Positions 28,701-38,412 of a DNA stretch of 64,000 bases are shown in pieces (positions within the stretch are counted from its first letter, which is position 1; each line of letters begins with the position of its first letter). The DNA lies in assembly GCA_002633005.1 (NCBI GenBank), contig NMRA01000090.1, forward strand, positions 128,156-192,155. Reading direction: 5' to 3'. Origin of the DNA: Phoronis australis (lineage: Eukaryota; Animalia; Phoronida). The notes below the pieces were generated by a model. The model saw nothing but the letters and a program-made list of their open reading frames with translations. It made no database searches and had not been told where the DNA came from. Both the position numbers and the translations under genes were made by a program.

Positions 28701-30764
28701 GTTACATGGCGATCAGTGTTCTGGTGGATAGAAAAAAATGATCTATATAGTACTAAAAGTAAGGCTGAATAAAACATGATTTTTAAAACTGAGACAATGG
28801 CATGAGATGTCAAAGTATTTTTCAGAGGGGAATAAAGCCTATGTTCAGCCAAACAATCGAGGCACTGGAGGCCTCCCTCTTACAGTACTTTAAAAGCCCA
28901 CTGATGAACGAGGTTGCTGAAAACACCCACTACCTCTTTTTGAAACAGCCTTCTTGGGAAAAAATTTGGGAAATCCTAGGTATGCAATACCTAAGGCATC
29001 CTATTACAGGGCGGCCAACATAATTTCAGTTAAGTCACACTCAAACAAAAAGTGACATTAAAAGCTGCTCAACTTTTCATGTATTGCAGTCTGCAGGCAA
29101 TCTTTGTATTTTGTTGATTTTCGACTTAATCCGCTGTTGCAGGTGTTACTATACAAGTGACACATGGTGGATTGCATTCCCCATTTTCTAAAAGTAACCT
29201 AATTCTTTTGAGCATTTGTCTCCAACATTTTGCAACCTCAATATCTTGATAGATTTTTCACAAAGCAGAAGATATCTCACAACGCAAAATCAAGAAAAAT
29301 GTGTTTTTAATTGTCAGTCATTCAGAGAATAACATCAACTGACTAATCAGAAGGGAAGCACAACATACATGCAAATAGCAATACGCAACTCCACATAACT
29401 CAACAGTTGAACTTTGCAACAGAGATTACAACAAACACATCAGGCGTCACATGAATCCTCTCATCATGGTTAATCCAAAAATGTATTACTTTTACCAAGT
29501 GGTCCCTTCTTATTCATAAATTCAGTTTTTCCAAGGCGTTCTTTGCAATGCAGATTTAGGGAGGCAGCCATCTTTAAAACTGTGACGCTTCTCAGCAGGA
29601 AAAATGACTAATTGTTAACTCTGACTGAAGTAGGTTCGATGCAGAATGCGTTTCTGTATTTTACTTTTTGTCCCTGAGACGACACATGTCCACCATAACA
29701 CGAGCTGAAATATGTCCCCGAAGAGTCAAGTGTTTAAGAAGACAACATTCGTTCACGAGAACACGCACTCTCTCACCATAAATCCAGTGTTTTTCAGGAC
29801 GACATTTGCCCTTGAGAACACGCACTCTTTTTTCTAACGGAGAAGTTTTAAAGAGGCACCCCTTTAAGTGACTATTATTCTTTTCTACTCAGAGATTCCC
29901 TTATATACCACCCATGATCTTCAATACACTAGACAATTTTTGGGTCGTCAAACACACATGTGATCGGTGTAGTTACCATTCCTGCAAAGAGGTGTCGCAC
30001 TTTTATAATGGCTGTCACCTGAGATCAGCTTACAAGCAAATGAACACCTCAGAGAAACATTAAATGTATGAATAAGAAGATACCAATAGGTAGGACAAGA
30101 GGATTCAGAAAAGAGTAATACCAAGGATGTATGTTAATGGAGTTGGATTGTAAACAATAACCTCAAAATGAGAACAGTCACGTTTTGGAAAGGGTGACCA
30201 ATATCTTCAGTTATAGCACTTCCTTATTTGGTTTCTACCCGAGATGAGTTCCGCAGTGCAAGTTCTTCGTGGTCACATACCATCACACACTTGTTTCGAG
30301 AGTTGTAATCGTCAACATGTAATACAACACTCGCATACACTAGCAAACTGACAGCCATAAAAATAATCAGTCAGTGAGGCTGGAACCTTAAATGATGGAA
30401 CGGAATTCACTATTTCCGTTCCATGAGTTAAGAATTCTCGCCACAAATGCTTCGCAAAGTTTCCTCTTTCAGCCCAACATGTGTGCAGTTCATTACAATT
30501 ACATCACAGGTATCAACCCTGTCAAGAGCAGACTGACCTTGAATTGATGGGACGAGTTTCTGTCATAATACCTGAAAATATCAAAAATAACAACAATGTT
30601 ATCCAGTAAAATTGATGACGTGGAGAGATTTTTTCAAAATAAAAGCTTTTCCAATTATTGGCAAAAATGGCGGATTTATCAAATAGATTTTCATGCTACA
30701 GAGACGTTTGCAAAGACATTCACCCATCGTTGAGTCGTGGTTGTTTCCATGGATACATCACCAT
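13672..30764 (-). CDS. WAC: WW domain-containing adaptor protein with coiled-coil; 13 coding exons, 1905 nt, 634 aa (whole-gene span)
   Basis: N-terminus [16 protein letters not shown] domain [30 protein letters not shown] and C-terminal [18 protein letters not shown]...[18 protein letters not shown] all match remembered vertebrate WAC. Every junction is GT-AG with compatible phases. Confidence 0.96.
14660..14787 (-). CDS. WAC: WAC coding exon 12 (128 nt)
   Basis: [43 protein letters not shown]. Confidence 0.95.
15118..15380. repeat. Dispersed intronic repeat, second copy at ~17640-17875
   Basis: Both copies share ctcaaaccttatt..aaaaatt, tagcaaatacctta and gttacagggctgtca..cgaatctcc. Confidence 0.7.
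15593..15773 (-). CDS. WAC: WAC coding exon 11 (181 nt)
   Basis: ...[28 protein letters not shown], cf. human [28 protein letters not shown]. Confidence 0.93.
16234..16576. repeat. Tandem duplication, 2 x ~170 bp, in WAC intron 10
   Basis: gccaataacaagcc starts at 16234 and 16404; the two units are highly similar. Confidence 0.9.
16639..16945 (-). CDS. WAC: WAC coding exon 10 (307 nt), S/P/T/Q-rich
   Basis: [10 protein letters not shown]...[12 protein letters not shown]; phase 1 to 2. Confidence 0.88.
17426..17488 (-). CDS. WAC: WAC coding exon 9 (63 nt)
   Basis: [21 protein letters not shown]; phase 1 to 1; donor gtgagt. Confidence 0.82.
18493..18765 (-). CDS. WAC: WAC coding exon 8 (273 nt)
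   Basis: [17 protein letters not shown]...KKLQEQ; phase 1 to 1; donor gtaagc. Confidence 0.85.
20790..21238 (-). mobile_element. Fragment of repeat family B (reverse orientation)
   Basis: Reverse complement of 35760-36230 and 44700-44960, including the catcatcgtcgtc-rich block. Confidence 0.8.
21246..21435 (+). mobile_element. 3' end of an RTE-clade LINE (pseudo)
   Basis: [45 protein letters not shown] matches the RTE C-terminal G.R.RGR....W.D.I..W...A..R..WR pattern. Confidence 0.82.
22835..23122 (-). CDS. WAC: WAC coding exon 7 (288 nt), R/S/D-rich
   Basis: [25 protein letters not shown]...ENENR; phase 1 to 1. Confidence 0.88.
24079..24137 (-). CDS. WAC: WAC coding exon 6 (59 nt)
   Basis: [19 protein letters not shown]; phase 2 to 1; donor gtgagt. 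Confidence 0.85.
25091..25221 (-). CDS. WAC: WAC coding exon 5, WW domain (131 nt)
   Basis: [43 protein letters not shown]; donor gtgagt. Confidence 0.97.
27113..27279 (-). CDS. WAC: WAC coding exon 4 (167 nt)
   Basis: ttttctag|GSRISPSGY...EKEQEQRNE|gtctgt; phase 1 to 0. Confidence 0.85.
28543..28720 (-). CDS. WAC: WAC coding exon 3 (178 nt)
   Basis: NTDRHVTK...[17 protein letters not shown]...RYDK; phase 0 to 1. Confidence 0.85.
30538..30571 (-). CDS. WAC: WAC coding exon 2 (34 nt)
   Basis: ttttcag|[12 protein letters not shown]|gtcagt; phase 2 to 0. Confidence 0.88.
30724..30764 (-). CDS. WAC: WAC coding exon 1 (41 nt)
   Basis: [14 protein letters not shown], cf. human MVMYARKQQRLSDG; donor gtgaat. 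Confidence 0.93.
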
Positions 30765-30859
30765 GAATGCATGTATTGAGGGAAAGGGATCTGAGACAAT
30801 CAGACAAAATGTAAGTGCAAAATTTTGCGAATTTTGCCTGAATTTGAGCCAGCCTATCC

Positions 30860-31135
30860 TTGAACCGCAGCCATGACACATACGGGTTATTGACCTTTCC
30901 GGAAATATCCGAATAAATTTTTAAGAAAAACTTCCATACGTTATTAGAATTTTAAGTCATTTATTCTACTCAACGTGGAATTTTGTTGCTAAATGACGAT
31001 AAATGAAGTTTTGTTTCTAGAATACAATGATTTACTAAAAATAATGCATGTCACGAAACTGCGCTGCTGTTTGTTTAAGTCACGTGACCAAAACAGGCAA
31101 AACAATGTGCACGCACGAAGTTCTCTCGCGTTCTG
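30860..31135 (-). promoter_or_regulatory. Putative WAC promoter / 5' region
   Basis: Locally CpG-richer. ETS-like palindrome TTTCCGGAAA at 30896-30905 and E-box palindrome GTCACGTGAC at 31079-31088. YY1-like AAAATGGCGG in intron 1 (~30664). Confidence 0.5.
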
Positions 31136-31515
31136 CAAGTTGAAGTGAAGAAATGTCATAGCGGAAATTTTTGTTCATAGAAGGTATTTAACTGTATGGC
31201 TGACGTTGTTACATGAAATAGTTCCTGGTACTTAACAATCTAATTCAAATAAGACAAAGTTTAAACTTCGATCGCATACCTAGTCTACTCTCGTGCCGAC
31301 TGGCTGTGAGCGGCTCACAGTGTGAGCCGGTCCGCCAGGCAGTAAGCAGTAAGTAAGGCAGTATTAAACCATCCGGAGGATAAAACTGGTATTATATATA
31401 GTGTATTGGGGACGATCAGAAGCTCAGGACGCCTATGGCTAGGTCCAACAACAAGTAATGAAACACAGACACAGTCAGTTACAACAAGGAGTGTTGTATA
31501 CTAGGACTAGGAGTA

Positions 31516-32984
31516 GGGAGGACAACGTTTTTTAAATTTTTTTTACAATACCCATGTGTCATACATTTTTGAAAAGCCCTTGGTGTAAGAAATGAAATGG
31601 TGCAAAAATCAGAAAAATTGGATGAGCGGTTGACGAGAAAATGGCCGTTGAAGTGCGACGTTTATGCGCAAAATATCTGCCTTTTTACATAATTTCGTAA
31701 AAAATAAAAGAATACACATGTGCTGCATATAAAAAGATTCGACTCATTGAGACAAACATGGTGGTGTGTATTATATAAAATTTGGATCGATTTCTACAGA
31801 GATATTGCTGTTTAAGTGTGTTGTTATAGCATATAGAACAGGCTCATCGTGTTTGATGAAAACAATGGATTACACAGCTTAAAAGGTAAAGAGCAAAGAC
31901 ACCACATCAGCTCAGAAATAAATACATCTGAGCTAGGAGGAAATTTCACATCAAATCACAAGATCACATTGGTGGATTTGGGGGGGGCAAGGGGGCCTAG
32001 CTGGCCCGTGGCCCTCCTAAAACTTCATTTGGCAGTTTGAGGCTGCAAATATCTTACGGGTAAAATCCTGCATAATATTCTGCCCTGCCCCCCCCCTCCT
32101 ATCTAAAAATCCTAGATCTGCCCCTGAATACTACTACATGGGCAACACATCATTGCCTGACAGTGACAGGGGGTTGGGGGAGGCTATAGCTCCCCCACTT
32201 CAGTGCTGGATGCTACCCATGTACTATTAGATCGTATCATGGCAAAAAACATCAAAAAGTAGACAAAAGACCATTTGGGAAAACAAATCACTCTTAACAT
32301 GAAGGATTTCATCATTTACGCAACAAAAACTTTGTAACAACTTTATTTCGAACGGTGAAGTTGCTATGCCATTGAACTTCAACGTAGCCGCTGGTGGCGC
32401 TGACATGCGGCGACTTAGTGAACTAACGACTGCTGTTTGAAAAGTGCCAATGCGCAGCAGTTTGACAGAATTTCTGAAAATGAAATAATTACCAATTAAA
32501 AGAGTGATAAATTCCTCATCTAAAAATCGGGGGGGCATATTGCGCAACTGGAAAAACATCAATCTCCCGATCGACCAAAATTAGGCCTTCCGGACGATCG
32601 AAAACTCGGCATGAAAACTTGGCCTTGACTTCGAGAAAACAACTTGAGGAGATGCGCACGCATCTAAACTACATCCTGTCCAAATTTCATGTTTGTATTT
32701 GAGAGTATAGTGCTCTTTTGGATAGGAGGAACAAGAGGTACTTTTTCGAAAGTTGATCGCATGGCGGAAAATCGTGCGCTAAAAAAAGCTTACAAAAAAT
32801 GATTTATCAGCGATAATTTGAGACAAAAAGATTACAAACTTACAAATAAAGACTAAGGTAACGATTTATAACACAAAATTGTCTTATAGTTAACTTTGAA
32901 GTCTGAAATCGGGTAATTTACCGACGTGGGTTTTACACGGAGGCAGATATGGAGCACCGTGACCTACTTTTTGATTGTCCTCCC
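31516..32984. mobile_element. Non-autonomous DNA transposon, 10-bp TIR, flanked by TA
   Basis: TA|GGGAGGACAA ... TTGTCCTCCC|TA; nested MITE piece ending cctagatctgcccctg at ~32126. Confidence 0.65.
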
Positions 32985-33047
32985 TACTAGGAGAGTTTGT
33001 CAGTTCACTGTTTTTGCTACTACTAGCGCCGCCAAGTGGTGAATAGG

Positions 33048-33154
33048 CAACGGTCAAGTAGGAAGCGCATATTTTGCAGTGTCATAAATGGCACTGTTAC
33101 ATCCACGAAAACCCCAGACGTGTCATGTTTTACGTTTCCTAAAGATCCAGAAAG
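33048..33154 (+). pseudogene. Degenerate THAP zinc-finger first exon, probably transposon-derived
   Basis: FCSVINGTVTSTKTPDVSCFTFPKDPER then AG|gtaagg. The second Cys is replaced by Gly and there is no in-frame ATG. Confidence 0.65.
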
Positions 33155-33227
33155 GTAAGGCAATTGTTGTAGATGTGCTTCCGGTGAGTTATATGAGCCC
33201 CTGTTAGCTACTCGCTAACGGGCAATT

Positions 33228-33297
33228 GCCTATTAGCTGAATGGTTAGCACGCTTGCCGGTTTTATGGGGGTCGCGGGTTCGATCCCCGAGTCGGGT
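33228..33297 (+). other. tRNA-like Pol III cassette (SINE head or tRNA pseudogene)
   Basis: A box TAGCTGAATGG and B box GGTTCGATCCC; acceptor and anticodon stems pair poorly. Confidence 0.6.
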
Positions 33298-34260
33298 AAT
33301 CTCGGCTATTACTACACAATTAAAGTCTTTATTTATGAAAAGAGCATGTGCATTAATTGAAAAATAAAAAGTTCGGTCAGTGTGACTGGGTTGGGAAAAA
33401 AGAAAGTATTTGGCTAATAACTTGAAAATGGCTAAAAGTTTTCAGATGCTTTAGCCATTTTGGCAAATAGAATATGATACATTGTCTTTCATTTTGTGTG
33501 TTCTGTTCATGGTTGGAAGACAAGTCGCAGTCCTGGTGCCGCTGTCGTCTGCAGTGTAGGCTACTGCTCAGGCTACGCTCTGTCTTCTGCAGATACTTTG
33601 TCGTCAATGTACGTGTACTAAAATTATATATGAGCGAGCATCAGAATGGAATACATTGTTGTGGTAGTGATAAACTGTCGTCGGCATTTTTTCACTCAGG
33701 GTGCAAATTTAGATTTTTTTATGTTATGCAATCATATTGACAGAATTCCTTCACCTTTGGCATATATTTGTATGATGATCTTGTTTTAGCACTGGTACTT
33801 ATGACATTTACGCATTTTAAAGTATGAAAAAATGTTAATTATGGCCAGAGTAATCCTTGATATAGCTGAAAATAGCCAGAAATCCATTGTTATTTTGTTT
33901 CACTGAAACATTACATGTTTTTAATACACATGGCATTTAATTAAATCACACATTTAATTGAAATTTAATATTTTTCATGATTCTAACATGTATTTCTTGT
34001 TTGTATTTAGAAAATTGCAGGGATCTGAAAAGTCAAACACAATTTTCAGACACACATGCAAAATGATGTCAGTGTTATGCAAAACAAGTAAATTTGCATG
34101 TGTTCCTTCTCTTACAGCCATGGCTGAAAAAGAAAACCATTACTAGTGTTTTAAACTGTGTTTTTTAATGGAAATTTGAGCTAGAAACCACATATTTGAA
34201 CAAGATGTCCTAGTGATTGGATTCCTCAACCAAATAATATCAGTCACCTAAGAAAAACTG

Positions 34261-35107
34261 TGTATTCTCCGTAGCCATGTCTAAATTCCATTAAATTCTT
34301 CCATTAATAAAAGATTTTTGATACAGCACATTGAGAATCTTGAAGCTATTTTTGGCCCACAAAAAATATTAGACCAAGCCCTGGATTTGAATTGATCATA
34401 AGCAAAAATAATGTCTTTCGTATTCTCCATAGCAGCCTGTATTCTCCGTAGCCCCCAACTTTGAATTGTTGGTACATGGTTTGAAAAAAACTTGTATGTA
34501 GGTACATGTACTGAGGAAATGGGAACGAATAATCTCTCCAAGACAAGAACAATTGAAAAAATATTTTTGAGTGGGATTTGAGGCAAGTGTAGCTAAAATT
34601 ACTTTTTCAGTTTAAACTCATTATTAATAAAACATGGATGTTCTTTGGTCTTTCAGAAGTGTTGGTATTAACAAGCAAATGAATTCTATTGCATTGCCCA
34701 AGTGTTCATCCACTTATAAACAGGTATCTGCATATTTCGTATTCTCCGTAGACCCCTCCATGACCTCTGTGTTGTGTGAGATTTATGCATTCAATGTTTT
34801 CCTGATGATGAAAAGTATTTCTGTATTTCTTTGAGGGTAGTTGATGGAAGTAGGCATCCCATTGATGGTGATGTGACTCTGATGATAGTTAAGAGCTGAG
34901 TATGTCCTAATTTCCATTATGTTATATTTTTGTATTTACACAAATGTGAAGAAAATTAAGACCGTATTATCTCCCTTTTTCTAAACACAACTGTTTTTGT
35001 AATTCAGAAGTAGTAGTATTGACAAGTAAATGAATTCCACTGAATTGCTCCAGTATTTTTCTTCCCACAAATAGTTATCGTAGCATTTTGTGTTCTCCAT
35101 AGCCCCT
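34261..35107. repeat. Five dispersed copies of GTATTCTCCGTAGCCCC in a diverged repeat
   Basis: Copies at ~34262, 34420, 34439, 34739 and 35090. Confidence 0.7.
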
Positions 35108-35117
35108 CACTGACATC

Positions 35118-36230
35118 CACAAAATTTACATGTAGCCTCTAAGTTCCGGAAGTCCTGGAAGGCCATTGTATTTCGTCATGATCGGATCCAAGATGGCCGA
35201 CTTGGCCGCCATTTTGTTTTCAATTTCTGATTCAGATGCTCATAGAGTCCGTACGTTTGTATGCACATGGCTAAAAATCGGCACATTTATTTTATTACGC
35301 GTCTGCTACAGATGTGCTGAATTTTTTTACTTCCAACCAAAGATGGCGGAAATATCGGCACCTTGATTTCAGGCTAATAACGTTTTCTCTTGTAGAGGAG
35401 GCATTATAACACCAATGGCTCCGAAATTTTCCGGTATCAGTTTTCTATGACAGGCTGTTATTTAGTGCTGAAGAACCGAAAGTTGCTTTCAAGATGGCGG
35501 ATTTGGCGCATGTTGACCTATTTTCAGTCGTGCTGGGGTGCCATTTTAAATGGAAAAGGAAAATGACGTGATTTTTTTTTCACGTGGATTCTCTGAGGTA
35601 TACTCTTTCAAATGTTTAGAGGCAATTTTTTTCAGACTTGCTGTTTTTGAGTTAATTGATATTGAATTTCAAAAAAAACACTAAATTTCTTTTTTTCGAA
35701 GAGTATATGGAAATTTGCTAAACTATCTAATTGGATAGAACTTTGGACGGGCTTTCAGAAGATATTTTCCATTTTTCGCTAGGATGTCTACTTTTCGAAT
35801 TATTCGAGATTTTCTGATAGCGCTGTTCCTTTGTTGAGTGCTTTTGCTGCATTGATGTTGGTTTAGCTTCTATTGAACAAGATTGTAGCTTATTTGTTAC
35901 TGATTTATGACATTTAAGTTCGTCTTATGAATGTTATGATGTTGTTCATCATCGCCACCATCATCATAATATTCGTCATCTTTGTCGTCATCTTCGTCGT
36001 CCTCTCCGTCTTCGTCTTTTCAATTAATTTTGCCAAGAGTCGCTCGGGACTGTAGCCTATTACTGATTTCTGACCTCTACGTTCGTCACATGAATGTTAT
36101 CATTACTTGTATTGTTCATCGTCGCCACCATCGTTGTCATATTCATCATCATCTCTATCGTAGTCATTTCTGTTAATTTCGCTAAGTTTCACTCCTCGGA
36201 GGGCTTTCAGTTGAATTTTGCTGGTTTGTT
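35118..36230 (+). mobile_element. Repeat family B (HINE-like, AAGATGGCGG-rich)
   Basis: Colinear with 43390-44960. Confidence 0.78.
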
Positions 36231-38412
36231 CAGTAAGTTGGTGTAAGTTTAATGGGCCACTGCCATATGGTTTGTCTCCAGTTTGGAGTAGTTGCTAGGG
36301 CCGTGTCAGAACCACCCGGCCACCCCTATTCAAAATTTATATTTAATATCCCAGACTTCTACCAGGTGTCTTTTTTCATTGTTCTTATATACCACTGGAT
36401 GTCAGGCAAAAAGGTACCCTATACACAAGTGCTTTACCTATAAAAAGTGGCAGTTTAGACTGGAGTGACTTGTGCAGATAAACCATAAGGTATGAGTGCT
36501 TAATGTCTGTGAATGTGAAGTTATCATAGAAAATGTCTGAAGCGTTTTTGTGATGTAAGCCGATAATGATTCATTGAAGATGCCAACCCCAAATGTAAGT
36601 GGGAAGATGCACATTTTATGTGGCACAGTTCCCAAAGAATGGAAGGATTGTTTTCAAATACATTTAAACTTCGCTATGCTGGTGGTGTGAAAATTAATTT
36701 TTGCCTAGTAAGCAATATGTTGTCAAGGTTAGCAGTCACAATTTTTAACCAATTGTTTGAAGCTAATGTCATGACAATCGTTTCAATGGGCTAAATACCA
36801 TAGCACAGGAATGTTACACTTGACAAGTTACCGGTGACTGAGTTAACAACCGCATGTAATAATCAGCAACTGTAATTTAGCTAAGATTTTTTGTAATATC
36901 CAACCACAAGCTGTTGCAGGGACTTTTCATATTGGTGCTCTTTTGGAGTAATGAAAGCATGAAAGTGGCTTCCGATTGATTCCGACTCAGATTTGGTGGA
37001 CAGAACTTCAGTTTATGCAGCAGCCGAGGAATAACTTCTACTGTCAGTCTCTGCCATTGTTTAATTAGTTAAAGTTCAATAATTTATTTTAGCGTTTTGA
37101 CACTGCCTGCATGGGATTGAAATTCTGCCACTTTATTGGCAGTAGCCACTGGCTTAGTGTTGCAGATACATCTTTGCAGAAGCAAATGTGTGGAACAGGG
37201 CGTCCTTGCTCATCAGTTGATATTTGAAAAGGTTTGCCTTTTTTCGCAAGATACTCGGTACATCCCAATGCACAGCAGTGGAAATTTACTGGCGTTTGCA
37301 ATAGCTGTAAAGGTGTTACCAGGTAAAACCCTGTTGATGCGAGTAGGTTGAAAACTCCCGTGGGATCTGTAGGTGGTACTAAACACTTGTATACAAAAGA
37401 CCTGATTGCCATCTTGCAGGTTAGTGAATTTCAACATGGCATGACTATTTCGAAAGTCAGCTATTTAACATCACCGAGAAAAAGTAAATTCTGAAATTTT
37501 TGCCGTATTGTTTTCCAAACTTGTTTCATTATTCTCTGAATAAAAAGTGGTCCAATCATTTCCTCACTGAGTCAATTCTGGAGTACTATAATGAGCAGTA
37601 GAACACAACTGTGTCTTGTGATTACATTCCACGCCACCAGTTGGCTGTAACACCTTGGTGAAATCGGCGATGCATGACAGGCTGGGATCTAAACTTTTTT
37701 GTGGTGTTTCTAAGAACCATGTACTTATGTAGTTTAGCAAATTCTTTTAATAGCCCCTGACTGACATGTTGAGAACCAGTTTTCTACACTGAGTCTGGCA
37801 TCAAATTGGTTCTCAAATTCTGCACCCCGTGTATTATGTTAGTGACTAAAGCCATTAGTTCTAGCTTTTTAAAGGACACCTTTGGGTATGAGTCAGTTTT
37901 GTTGTAATTTTCCTCAAACCACTTAAGTGTCTGCACATGCTCACATAAACAATTGCCAATGTTCAAACCACATGGAATGCCAGCTGATCACCAGAATATG
38001 CCCTATTGCAAAAGCGCATTGAAAGATGAATAAGTTGTGTTTAGATGTGTTGTTGACACTGGAACACCTGATCAAGTGTAACTCCTCTACCTAAACCAGT
38101 GTCAAAACTGGCTGCGCCAGCAGGTCAACTGTCTTCGTGTAAATGCGGCTCATGACCTAAGCACTTAGTACACAAGTGCGGATTTGGATTTTTGGTTAAA
38201 CAGGCTGTGAGAGTATGTGACAACTCTACCGTTTTTTATTGGGTGCAGAGGATGCTAACTATACAATGTCCTTGGCGACCACTGGGAATATCCATCGCTC
38301 ATAGCGGCTCTCGCCCTCCGTACTGTCACTTAGTCATTCTTAGTATTTGCAGTGCTCACCATCTAAATTTTTAAGACAAAACTGGAAACCAGTGTGCAAA
38401 CTCTCTATGCAC

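Noticed and set aside
31304-31330. CTGTGAGC-G-GCTCACAG palindrome as evidence for a divergent WAC antisense RNA
   Set aside because: The hairpin is real, but nothing in the sequence supports transcription; it may be a repeat terminus
33228-33297. Functional tRNA gene
   Set aside because: A and B boxes are present, but the acceptor and anticodon stems do not pair properly
37089-37437. Overlapping ORFs as a separate gene
   Set aside because: No recognisable homology or consistent exon chain
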